Shown here: in pieces, positions 1 through 8,699 of the stretch
Numbering within the stretch: position 1 is the stretch's first letter
How the letters are laid out: each line of letters starts with the position of its first letter
From: Fidelibacterota bacterium
GTDB lineage: Bacteria > Fidelibacterota > Fidelibacteria > Fidelibacterales > Fidelibacteraceae
Length of the DNA stretch: 14,053 nt
Assembly: GCA_034723415.1 (NCBI GenBank)
Contig: JAYEOX010000093.1
Span: 1 to 14,053 of the forward strand
Reading direction: 5' to 3'
The notes under the pieces: generated by a model
What the model was told of the DNA's origin: nothing
The model's database searches: none
The model's input: only the letters and a program-made list of their open reading frames with translations
Position numbers and translations under genes: made by a program

Positions 1-2396
1 TACGGCATAACATCTTCTTCAATCCAATAGAATACAGAAGCTCTATTTACATCCGGCATAAATTGATATTTGAAATCTTTATCTTTCAGTATTTTACTTA
101 TTTTTCGTTGTTTGATCTTTAAATATTTAGTTAGATTAAAATAATCATCTTCATTTAAGTGATTAATATCTTTTAAAGTAATATCCTCAAAAAGTTTTGA
201 TCTAACAGGCAACCCGATTATTTGAGACAACAGTTCGTTAATTGAAATATCACTTCGTTGAACTATTAACAATGTCTTTGCTTGACTTTTTATATATCTG
301 ACAAATGCTTCTGAAGTACTAAATTGGAATAGATTTTGCATGTTCACATTTATTCTATTTAATTCATCTTGAGAAAATATTAATACTTTATTCATTAGTG
401 GATATTTTTGACCTTCAACTTCAATTGGTCCCCAACCTTCTACAAACATTTGATAACTATTTTTCTCTAATGCTTTGATTTCCTCATCTGTAATTCCGGC
501 ATTTTTTAGTAAATAATAATAACCGGGACTAAAAGTTCCCCAATCTTGATCGGTCATTTTTTCTTTTCTTTTGTAAATTTTATCTCTTACAAAATCAATA
601 AAATTTCGAGCAAAATCATCATAACCAATTAATTGGTCAGTCAATTCTTTTTCTAATTTTTTAGCAGAAATGCTTTTACCTTGTTCGATGCCATAGATAT
701 TGAAAATTCTATGAGATGTATTCTTTTCAAATCTATAGTTTAAACCATCATTAATTAATTTTGGTTCATAATTTTCAAACCCTTTTACATTGATTTCTAA
801 ATTTGTTTTTTCACCAAATAATTTTCCAATTTTTCTGAATTGATTTACAAATTCAGCAGATGCTTCAAGTTCTTGTTTGGTTCCACTGTTGTGAATCTGG
901 AATGATAAAAAATTATATTCATATTCGTTTAACAGATCAGCAATGATTTCCATTTTTTCTCTGTTTTCAGCTTTATCTTTAGTATGATTTCCTGCATCTC
1001 CGATTACGATTAGGAAATTTGTACCATCTGCATCGACAGGGGAGTCGTAAAGTGAATTAATTATTCCATCAAACATGCTTTCGGTAAATGTATAATTATG
1101 AACATCTTTTGCTGCTACATTACTTAAAAACTTTAAAATATCTTTTGTATTTCCAAATTCTTTCACTTTGAATGCCTTCTCTTCACCTTCAGAAATATCA
1201 CGATAGATCCCAACTGCGAAATTGAATTTATTATTACTGTTTTTCTCTTTCACTTTTACCATAAATTTAGTGATTGCATTTTTGACCGAGCCAAAATATG
1301 GCTGCATGCTTTTAGTAGCATCAATAACAAAAAACACATTTACATTCTTTTTCTTAATAAGTTTCTTAGTAATTTTATCAATTACTTTGGAAAAATTTTC
1401 AGCAGAAATAATTGTTTCTTCTCTATTTTTAACATCGCCAATAATTCCGGCTTTAAGAATTTTGACTTTTTTATTGTCATATTGTGTTGTTTTTGGATTT
1501 TGTAAAAGTGGAAATCTTGGCAATGAACCATTTGCTCTCTTTTTAAGGCTATCCTTATCCCAAATTTTCATGCTATCAGAAATTGAATTATTTGAAGCAG
1601 AATATTTTAAACAGGATTCTTTATCTGCCCAAAAAACCAACTGCTGTTTATTTCTTCTCTCTTTTTGAGCTTCTTTTTTCCAGTTCGGTTCTACAGCAAT
1701 TCTAGAATCCCAATCAATTAAACGATTTTTACGTGTCCAGCCCAATATTTCTTCTTTATCATTAATTGATGCAATAAAATCTGCAGTCGATAATAAATAC
1801 CATTCATTACCTTCAGAATCAATATCAGTTTTATATACATAATAATATTCAAACATTTGAGATTTGTTGCCTGTAAATTCGGCATCTTTGGACGGAGCAC
1901 TTCTAAATTTTACATAATTGAGATCGTATATATCTTGGCCCTTTATTGTTTCTACAGTATTTACAACTAATGCTTTTTTATTTATATTGTATTTTGATGT
2001 AACAAGACATTTATTCCATAGTAACAATTCTCTTTTATGAATCCATCCAAAATCTATAGCGTCTTTAGACAGATCTCTTCCTTGAACATTTTCGTCTTTA
2101 TAAATATGAGCAAATTCTTCATCTTCTTCTATTATATAATAATAGTCCATATATTCAAGTTGCTTTTTTACAGCACTGCTTGGTGATGGTTCACTGTATG
2201 TTTTTGCTCCATTTATCGGTGAATATACGATCCAATTAGCAAAAGTTTTATCTTTTTTTTCTGTTACAGGTGATAGATCATTTTCATTACTCGGAATATT
2301 ATATTTTCGAGGATATCTCAAAATCTTCTGTCCAAATAGTAAATTAAATGCAAAAATTGAAATTACTGCTGTTAATAATAGAATATTTTTTTTCAT
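1..2396 (-). CDS. Secreted VWA-domain protein with two N-terminal SH3-like repeats, TssR-like (T6SSiii TssR family); stop codon probably cut by the window edge
   Basis: Manual translation gives an open frame from ATG at 2396 (GGAG SD at 2402-2405) to position 3, 798 codons, then 'TA' at the edge. Signal peptide MKKNILLLTAVISIFAFNLLFG|Q. VWA MIDAS-like motif NVFFVIDATKSM (Asp codon 1320-1322), then FAVGIYRD and LIVIGDAGNH (Asp 996-998). The C-terminus is FYWIEEDVMP. Size, architecture and C-terminal motif match my recollection of TssR; no search was run. Confidence 0.8.
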   Translation of the reverse strand, partial: MKKNILLLTAVISIFAFNLLFGQKILRYPRKYNIPSNENDLSPVTEKKDKTFANWIVYSPINGAKTYSEPSPSSAVKKQLEYMDYYYIIEEDEEFAHIYKDENVQGRDLSKDAIDFGWIHKRELLLWNKCLVTSKYNINKKALVVNTVETIKGQDIYDLNYVKFRSAPSKDAEFTGNKSQMFEYYYVYKTDIDSEGNEWYLLSTADFIASINDKEEILGWTRKNRLIDWDSRIAVEPNWKKEAQKERRNKQQLVFWADKESCLKYSASNNSISDSMKIWDKDSLKKRANGSLPRFPLLQNPKTTQYDNKKVKILKAGIIGDVKNREETIISAENFSKVIDKITKKLIKKKNVNVFFVIDATKSMQPYFGSVKNAITKFMVKVKEKNSNNKFNFAVGIYRDISEGEEKAFKVKEFGNTKDILKFLSNVAAKDVHNYTFTESMFDGIINSLYDSPVDADGTNFLIVIGDAGNHTKDKAENREKMEIIADLLNEYEYNFLSFQIHNSGTKQELEASAEFVNQFRKIGKLFGEKTNLEINVKGFENYEPKLINDGLNYRFEKNTSHRIFNIYGIEQGKSISAKKLEKELTDQLIGYDDFARNFIDFVRDKIYKRKEKMTDQDWGTFSPGYYYLLKNAGITDEEIKALEKNSYQMFVEGWGPIEVEGQKYPLMNKVLIFSQDELNRINVNMQNLFQFSTSEAFVRYIKSQAKTLLIVQRSDISINELLSQIIGLPVRSKLFEDITLKDINHLNEDDYFNLTKYLKIKQRKISKILKDKDFKYQFMPDVNRASVFYWIEEDVMP

Positions 2397-2406
2397 TTTT
2401 TCTCCG

Positions 2407-3273
2407 TTACTTATTATCATATATTTTAATTATATCTTTTTTTGAGCTGTCAACAAAAGATATTTCTAAATTTTCATAATTTGTTAATATATCATCATTT
2501 TGAAAATTTAATTCCGGAATATATATCTTTGTATTTATATTTTTATGGTTATCTAATTGTTTATCTAATAATTTAAATTTTTCATTATCAAATTTAAAAA
2601 CATATTTTGATAATAATAGATGCACATCATAATCTTCAACTTCAGAATAATAATCAGAAACAAATAATTCATCATAAAAATCATTTATTCTATCGAATAT
2701 TTTATTAAATAAAGAAGTTTCGGTAATTGTATAAAGTTTCTTCCAGCAATCCTGGTCATCTTTGGTTGAAATTTTAACTATTCCATTTGTAATATAAGTA
2801 TATAATTCATTATTGTCTGCGACTTTTTTAATATTATTATATACATCATCTCTGTTAATCCCACCATCAACAATATCTGTAAAAATCACCTGATACGGAT
2901 TATAAATGATCGGAATAATAAGTTTGATATATTCCTGTTTTTTATCATTTTCCGGAAGAATAATTTCAAAAGTAATATTTTTCAAATTTTTCTCATTCAT
3001 TCGCCATCTATTTTTTTGGTTTTTGTTTAAGATCAATTCCAAATTATCGATATTTAATTTATTAATTTCTTTAATAAAATCCTTTTTCTTAAATACCTTA
3101 TGTTCATTGTTTTTAATTGAAAATGTTTTATATCGTAATCCGGCAGGGACTTTAGTATTTTTCCCTTGTTCACTTACTATTTTCCATTCAATTACTGCAT
3201 CTATTTCTTTTTTCCATAGATTACAACTGCTCGTGAAAATAGCTATAATTATTAAAAAGATAATTTTTTTCAT
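2407..3273 (-). CDS. Hypothetical lipoprotein (288 aa)
   Basis: MKKIIFLIIIAIFTSSC has a basic N-region, a hydrophobic core and a lipobox-like TSSC (Cys17). An AGGTG SD lies upstream. The stop is 10 nt before the start of the TssR-like gene. Confidence 0.8.
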   Translation of the reverse strand: MKKIIFLIIIAIFTSSCNLWKKEIDAVIEWKIVSEQGKNTKVPAGLRYKTFSIKNNEHKVFKKKDFIKEINKLNIDNLELILNKNQKNRWRMNEKNLKNITFEIILPENDKKQEYIKLIIPIIYNPYQVIFTDIVDGGINRDDVYNNIKKVADNNELYTYITNGIVKISTKDDQDCWKKLYTITETSLFNKIFDRINDFYDELFVSDYYSEVEDYDVHLLLSKYVFKFDNEKFKLLDKQLDNHKNINTKIYIPELNFQNDDILTNYENLEISFVDSSKKDIIKIYDNK

Positions 3274-3312
3274 TTTACACCTATATTTTTTATTTTATTC
3301 ACCATAATCATT

Positions 3313-3340
3313 ATTTTAATTTAATAAAAATCTATGTCAA
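3313..3340 (-). promoter_or_regulatory. Putative sigma70 promoter for the lipoprotein/TssR-like unit
   Basis: On the minus strand, TTGACA (3340-3335), a 16-nt spacer and TAAAAT (3318-3313) sit about 40 nt upstream of the lipoprotein ATG. Confidence 0.55.
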
Positions 3341-3510
3341 TTCACAAGTTAATATTAATTTTTTGGGCAATTTATTAGCAACTAACTCCAGAGAAATAAG
3401 CCTTACATTTTACGGGTCAAGAAAAAATATGATTTCAATCCAATTAAATAAAAAAAATAGATTTAATGTGCAAGCAAGGTAGGAAAAAATCAACAACAAC
3501 TAACTTATTT

Positions 3511-4125
3511 CTATTCAGATCGTACTGTATTTTGCAATTTTCGATTTATTTCCAATATCAATTCACCTGCTTTATCAATATCTTTTCCAAGTGAAATGAA
3601 GCCGTGTTCTTTCAAAATTATAAAATTGTTTTGTTCTAAAACTTCTAATATAGAGTTCACGAGATTAATAGTTCCGTAATTGGCAAATTTTTTAGTAGAA
3701 ATCAAACTAATTTTTTTATAATTTTGCAACAATTTATTAAAATGTCCATGGAAAATTACATTTATGTCATTTCTTGTTTTATAAATTGCATGGTGAATCA
3801 TGGTTTCTGAAGACGGATTTCGTAATCCAGTTGCATAAATTATTTTTTTTTGTAAATCTGTATTTTTCACAAATACAAAATCGACCATTCGTAATTTTTC
3901 AATATCAGAGTAAGAAGCTGTGATAATGAATCCAGATTTATAACGAAAACTTAAATTTCCACCGGAACTTTTTATTTTTGGTTCATTTTTGTTTTTATAA
4001 TGGGGAATGAAATCATGTTTTGAAAGTATCTTTCCCCAAGAAGTTAATTTTTTTATTTTTTCAGAATATTTAATTTCTTCTTTTTTGAGTATTGTCTTAA
4101 ATTTTGTTCCTTGATAATTTTTCAT
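3511..4125 (-). CDS. Class II aldolase/adducin-family protein (MtnB- or Ald2/DrdA-like)
   Basis: Motifs GGNLSFR, IITAS, PSSETMIHHAIY, VIFHGH and LKEHG give the Glu plus three-His metal site of class II aldolases. The gene starts 2 nt after the mtnA stop. Confidence 0.85.
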   Translation of the reverse strand: MKNYQGTKFKTILKKEEIKYSEKIKKLTSWGKILSKHDFIPHYKNKNEPKIKSSGGNLSFRYKSGFIITASYSDIEKLRMVDFVFVKNTDLQKKIIYATGLRNPSSETMIHHAIYKTRNDINVIFHGHFNKLLQNYKKISLISTKKFANYGTINLVNSILEVLEQNNFIILKEHGFISLGKDIDKAGELILEINRKLQNTVRSE

Positions 4126-4127
4126 AA

Positions 4128-5126
4128 TTATAACTTTGTAATTAGCTCGCTTGGTTTGAATATCCCATTTTCAGTAATGATTCCATTAATGTATTTTGCA
4201 GGAGTAACATCAAAAGCTGGATTAAGTATTTTGCTTTTTCCATTGGCAACTTGTTTCCCAAAAACTTCTCTAACTTCCCTTGATTCTCGTTCCTCAATTA
4301 TTATTTCATTACCGGTTTTACACTTCATATCAATTGTACTGGATGGAGCTGCAACATAAAATGGTATATTATTTTCTTTTGCAACTACGGCCTTTTCATA
4401 AGTTCCTATTTTATTTGCGACATCGCCATTTACAGATATTCTATCTGCTCCAACAAAAACAATGTCAATTTTTTTCTTTTGCATATAGTAACCGGCAGCA
4501 TTATCTACAATTATTGCATGAGGGATTTTTGAATAAGCAAGTTCCCATGCAGTTAATCGACTTCCCTGTAAACGAGGTCTGGTTTCATCTACAAAAACAA
4601 AGATGTTTTTTTTCCCATTTTCAAAAGCAAGATAGATTGGAGCTGTAGCGGAACCATAACCTTGAATTGCTAATTTTCCAGCATTGCAATGAGTTAAAAT
4701 TCCAAATCCATCTTCTATAAGTTCTGCCCCAATTTTGCCAATTAATTTTGAGTTATGAATATCATTTTTAAGAATATTATTGGCAATTTCCCATGCCATT
4801 TTTTTTGGATTATTTGAAAGTATAGCTTTTGAATAGACAAGATTTGTTGAATAAAAAAGATTTTGCGCAGTTGGACGAGTTGATTCAATTTCTGCTTTTG
4901 CTTTTAAGATTTTGGTCTTTTCAGAAAACTCGGAAAATGCTTGAGCCATAGCATATGCAGCTGCAATTCCAATTGTTCCAGCTCCTCGTACATTCATGTT
5001 TTTTATTGCGTTAGCAGTTTCATGATAATTTATCAAAGTAAGATATTCAAATTTAAAAGGAAGTTTAGTTTGATCGAGTAAAATAACTTTACCATTTTTT
5101 TCATAAATTATTTCATTGTGTTTCAT
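4128..5126 (-). CDS. mtnA: S-methyl-5-thioribose-1-phosphate isomerase (eIF-2B alpha-like)
   Basis: Motifs LLDQTKLP, VRGA, RPTA, LTHCNAG (catalytic Cys), DETRPRLQGSRLTAWEL, VGADRI, NKIGTY and NPAFDVTP. AAGGA SD upstream. Confidence 0.93.
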   Translation of the reverse strand: MKHNEIIYEKNGKVILLDQTKLPFKFEYLTLINYHETANAIKNMNVRGAGTIGIAAAYAMAQAFSEFSEKTKILKAKAEIESTRPTAQNLFYSTNLVYSKAILSNNPKKMAWEIANNILKNDIHNSKLIGKIGAELIEDGFGILTHCNAGKLAIQGYGSATAPIYLAFENGKKNIFVFVDETRPRLQGSRLTAWELAYSKIPHAIIVDNAAGYYMQKKKIDIVFVGADRISVNGDVANKIGTYEKAVVAKENNIPFYVAAPSSTIDMKCKTGNEIIIEERESREVREVFGKQVANGKSKILNPAFDVTPAKYINGIITENGIFKPSELITKL

Positions 5127-5259
5127 ATTTATCCTTTAACTCTACATAAAAAATAAAAAACATAAATCCAATATGCAAATATAAATTTATTTAATACTTT
5201 TTAATTCTATAAAATAATCATTAAATTTAACAATGTTTTAATTAACAGAAGGAGAAAAT

Positions 5260-6729
5260 ATCAAAAAATATAATCGTTCAAACGGAATTCTGTTACATCC
5301 AACTTCTTTACCGGGAATGTGGGGAATGGGTGACTTGGGCAAATCTGCGTATAATTTTATTGACTTTTTAAAACAAACAGATCAGAAATTGTGGCAAATT
5401 CTTCCGCTGACTATTCCGGATAGTTTTGGTTCGCCATACGCAAGTAATTCTGCATTTGCCGGGAATACGATGTTGATCAATCCTCAAGAATTATTAAAAG
5501 AAAAATTGGTTTCGCGAGAAGATATTAAAAAATTAGAAAACAAAATTAAAAATAAAATCAAAAGAAAAGAACAACTTCTGAATATTGCTTATGACAATTT
5601 TTTAAATAAAAATATTTTCAAGAAAGAATTTGAATTGTTTATTGAAGAAGAATCGTTTTGGATTAATTATACAGCTAATTTTTTATTACTGAAGAAAATA
5701 TTTAAAAACAAAAACTGGATTGATTTTCCCGAAGATTTTAAAAATAATGAAAACATTTCTACACAGTGGAAAAACGAGAATAAATATGAATTAGATAGAA
5801 TTAAATTTGAACAATTTTTATTTTTTCATCAGTGGGAAAAAATAAAAAAATATGCCCACGCCAATAATATTGAAATTATTGGTGATATTCCAATTTTTGT
5901 TTCTTATGATTCTGCCGATGTTTGGGCTAATCGTTTCATATTCAAATTAGATACAACCGGCAAACCAAAAGTAGTTGCCGGAGTTCCGCCGGATTATTTT
6001 AGTAAAACCGGTCAGCTTTGGGGAAATCCACATTATAATTGGGAAATATTAAAGGAAAATAATTATTCCTGGTGGATAAATCGAGTTAAACATGCATTAA
6101 AAACTGTTGACTACTTTCGGATAGATCATTTTCGTGGATTTGAAGCCGCTTGGGAAGTTCCGATAGAAGAAAAAACAGCTATTAAAGGTGAATGGGTAAA
6201 AGGTCCCGGAGCAGATTTTTTTAATTTTTTGAAGTCAAGATTAGGTGATTTACCAATAATTGCAGAAGATCTTGGTGTTATTACAGACGAAGTTAGAGAA
6301 TTAAGAGATAATTTTAATTTTCCGGGTATGAAGATTTTACAATTTGCATTTGATTCCGAAAACAATGGCTTTTTACCACAAAATTACGATACTGAAAATT
6401 GCGTTGTTTACACTGGAACACATGACAATAATACAACACTTGGTTGGTATAATAATGAAGCAACCGAAAATGAAAAAAACAATGTAAATAAATTTACTGA
6501 TTTTGATGGCGAGAATATTTCATGGGCATTGATACGTTTAGCAATGCGGTCAAAAGCAAATTGGGCAATAATTCAAATGCAGGATATTTTAGCTTTAGAT
6601 GAATCGTCAAGAATGAATTTTCCCGGAACAGTAGAAAATAATTGGCAATGGCGAATGAAAAATCTTGAAATTTCTGAAAAAATAAAGAATGATTTGAAAA
6701 TATTGACAGCTGAAACAAATAGAAACTAA
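5260..6729 (+). CDS. malQ: 4-alpha-glucanotransferase (amylomaltase, GH77); start probably ATC at 5260 rather than ATG at 5317
   Basis: Motifs WQILPL, GSPY, IIGDIPIFV, AGVPPDYFSKTGQLWGNPHY, RIDHFRGF, IIAEDLG, YTGTHDNNT and RMNFPG. The conserved N-terminal RSNGILLHPTSLPG lies in frame upstream of the track's ATG. AAGGAG SD at 5249-5254. Confidence 0.93.
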   Translation: MKKYNRSNGILLHPTSLPGMWGMGDLGKSAYNFIDFLKQTDQKLWQILPLTIPDSFGSPYASNSAFAGNTMLINPQELLKEKLVSREDIKKLENKIKNKIKRKEQLLNIAYDNFLNKNIFKKEFELFIEEESFWINYTANFLLLKKIFKNKNWIDFPEDFKNNENISTQWKNENKYELDRIKFEQFLFFHQWEKIKKYAHANNIEIIGDIPIFVSYDSADVWANRFIFKLDTTGKPKVVAGVPPDYFSKTGQLWGNPHYNWEILKENNYSWWINRVKHALKTVDYFRIDHFRGFEAAWEVPIEEKTAIKGEWVKGPGADFFNFLKSRLGDLPIIAEDLGVITDEVRELRDNFNFPGMKILQFAFDSENNGFLPQNYDTENCVVYTGTHDNNTTLGWYNNEATENEKNNVNKFTDFDGENISWALIRLAMRSKANWAIIQMQDILALDESSRMNFPGTVENNWQWRMKNLEISEKIKNDLKILTAETNRN

Positions 6730-6801
6730 TTGAATAAGTTGTGAAAAAATTCTCACAAATGAAAGCTAATAATCTATTCTATAATTTAAAATAATTTGTA
6801 A

Positions 6802-8568
6802 ATGAAATCTTTTAAAATAATAATCGTTGTATTTTTTGCATTTATATTCTCATTAAAAGTGTATGCATTTGATACTACGAATGTTCGTATTGAACAACTA
6901 AATGATTATTATAAAATCAATGGTGTTTCAAAGACTCAAATTTTTTACAAAAAATATTTTTTATGGGCAGAAATTGTAAATAATAGTAAGATCTATTCAA
7001 AAAATACTCAACAAGTTAAGATAAAAAATGAGTTAAATTCATCAATAAATATATCGAGATATTTCTTTAATAATTTCAGTAGTGGAATAAAATTAAATTA
7101 TTTTAATTTAAGTGATGAACACATAAATTATTCTAATGATTATTCAAAAATGCTCATTGGTTTATCAAATCAATATAAACCCAATATGAAATATATTTTC
7201 GACACCGGATATTTGTCGGAAAACAGATTAAAAATTGAAGATAATGGATATTTTATAAAATTAAAAATTATTCCAAATACAGATTATAAATTAAAGCCAT
7301 TTTCAAATTTGGTTTTTGAGAAAACTAAAAAAAGAGAAAATTATAAATTTGACAATAAATTCATTTTTGATACAGATATTACAAATGATGTAAAAAATAA
7401 AATTGAAGGAAGGTACAATGTCATCAATCGGGAATATTTTGTTGATGAGTTAGGAAATAATATTGAAAAAAGATTAAATGAAAGATACAATATTCGAAAT
7501 AGTTTGACTTTCCCATTATTCTCAAATTCAAAAATGAATTATGATGTGGAATACATTTCAAATAATGATAAACATAGATTTACCTATTCAGATTCTATGG
7601 TCAGCCGTGTATATGAAAGGTTTGAATTTAACAATAAGATCAAATTAATAAATAATTTCCATAAATTGAGAACAACATTTTATTTATCAAATGAATACAA
7701 ACAATATAATTCGAAAGCCACATCTGAAGGAATACATTTACCTGCTGGCTATACTTTTGACAAGAAGAATTTTAAGATCAAATCCTCATATCAATTTTCA
7801 AATAAAGATAGTGTTGAAATTAAATATTTCGCTTCATTATTAAATTTCAATACGCCGGATACATCTAATTATGACGATAGAGATGAGTTATCTTATTCTA
7901 TTAATATGAAGTGGAGACATAGAATAAATTCATATTTAAACTTTGCAATATCTGGAAATTTTTATTTTCATCATTTGGTATATTTGTGGCATCAAAGATC
8001 GGCTCAGAATCATTGGAATAGAATATTTTCATTACAATCTGATCTGATGTTAAATATACCTGATAGGATTATTTGGAGTTCACATCAGGAAATATATACT
8101 AATTTTTTTGTTTATGATTATGAAAATTTACCATTTGTTCATATTAATAGTATGGTATTCCGAGGATTGAAACTTAATCAAAATTTTAGATATTTTTTTG
8201 ATAATCGGTATGGAACAAATTTTCAATTCTTTATCAGATGGGAAGATAGGGGTTTTCTAGATTGGGATAATTTTTATCAAGAGTTGACTAATGACAAATT
8301 CGAATATAAAGTATCTCTATCCGGTTTTAGGAAATTTAAAAATTTATCAGTTAATGCAGGACCAATGTATTCTCAACGTTTTGAGTATAGATATGACATA
8401 TCAAATAATAAATATTTGAGTTTTTATTCATATAGAAAGGGTGTGAATTTGTCTATAAAATATAAAAGGATATTTAATATTAATTATAATATACAGAAAA
8501 TAAAACAATCTAATAGAGAATCATATTATAATAATTCCGGATTTGTGAGCATTCATTTTGTTATTTAA
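6802..8568 (+). CDS. Hypothetical exported protein, probable outer-membrane beta-barrel (588 aa)
   Basis: Signal peptide ending in VYA. The sequence is Tyr/Phe/Asn-rich with alternating amphipathic segments and ends in a strand-like GFVSIHFVI. No family assignment. Confidence 0.65.
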   Translation: MKSFKIIIVVFFAFIFSLKVYAFDTTNVRIEQLNDYYKINGVSKTQIFYKKYFLWAEIVNNSKIYSKNTQQVKIKNELNSSINISRYFFNNFSSGIKLNYFNLSDEHINYSNDYSKMLIGLSNQYKPNMKYIFDTGYLSENRLKIEDNGYFIKLKIIPNTDYKLKPFSNLVFEKTKKRENYKFDNKFIFDTDITNDVKNKIEGRYNVINREYFVDELGNNIEKRLNERYNIRNSLTFPLFSNSKMNYDVEYISNNDKHRFTYSDSMVSRVYERFEFNNKIKLINNFHKLRTTFYLSNEYKQYNSKATSEGIHLPAGYTFDKKNFKIKSSYQFSNKDSVEIKYFASLLNFNTPDTSNYDDRDELSYSINMKWRHRINSYLNFAISGNFYFHHLVYLWHQRSAQNHWNRIFSLQSDLMLNIPDRIIWSSHQEIYTNFFVYDYENLPFVHINSMVFRGLKLNQNFRYFFDNRYGTNFQFFIRWEDRGFLDWDNFYQELTNDKFEYKVSLSGFRKFKNLSVNAGPMYSQRFEYRYDISNNKYLSFYSYRKGVNLSIKYKRIFNINYNIQKIKQSNRESYYNNSGFVSIHFVI

Positions 8569-8657
8569 AGAAATATTTTCTCGTTAAGACGCCAAGTCGC
8601 CAAGAAATTTAATTTAATATTAAACTTACAAATTGTACGAAAATTGGAGTTATGGAT

Positions 8658-8699
8658 TTTTAATTTTTAACTTTTCACTTCTCAATTCTCACTTTTCAC
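8658..8699. repeat. Degenerate heptamer tandem repeat (6 units)
   Basis: TTTTAAT TTTTAAC TTTTCAC TTCTCAA TTCTCAC TTTTCAC, read directly, in the spacer between convergent genes. Confidence 0.7.

Noticed and set aside
1222..1668. 148-aa plus-strand ORF
   Set aside because: Antisense shadow of the TssR-like gene. Its hydrophobic F/L/I bias is what the reverse of Lys/Glu/Asn-rich codons produces.
1718..1900. 60-aa minus-strand ORF
   Set aside because: Out-of-frame overlap inside the long TssR-like ORF, with no motif.
2906..3307. 133-aa plus-strand ORF
   Set aside because: Antisense shadow of the lipoprotein gene.
4111..4648. Two plus-strand ORFs (82 and 122 aa)
   Set aside because: Antisense to the well-supported mtnA.
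5127..5259. SAM riboswitch upstream of mtnA
   Set aside because: The spacer is short, almost all A/T, and has no recognisable SAM-riboswitch core or stable stems.
6126..6718. Two minus-strand ORFs (79 and 74 aa)
   Set aside because: Antisense to malQ.
5260..6729. malQ as a pseudogene
   Set aside because: The frame and all catalytic motifs are intact and the SD is strong. Only the start codon is atypical.
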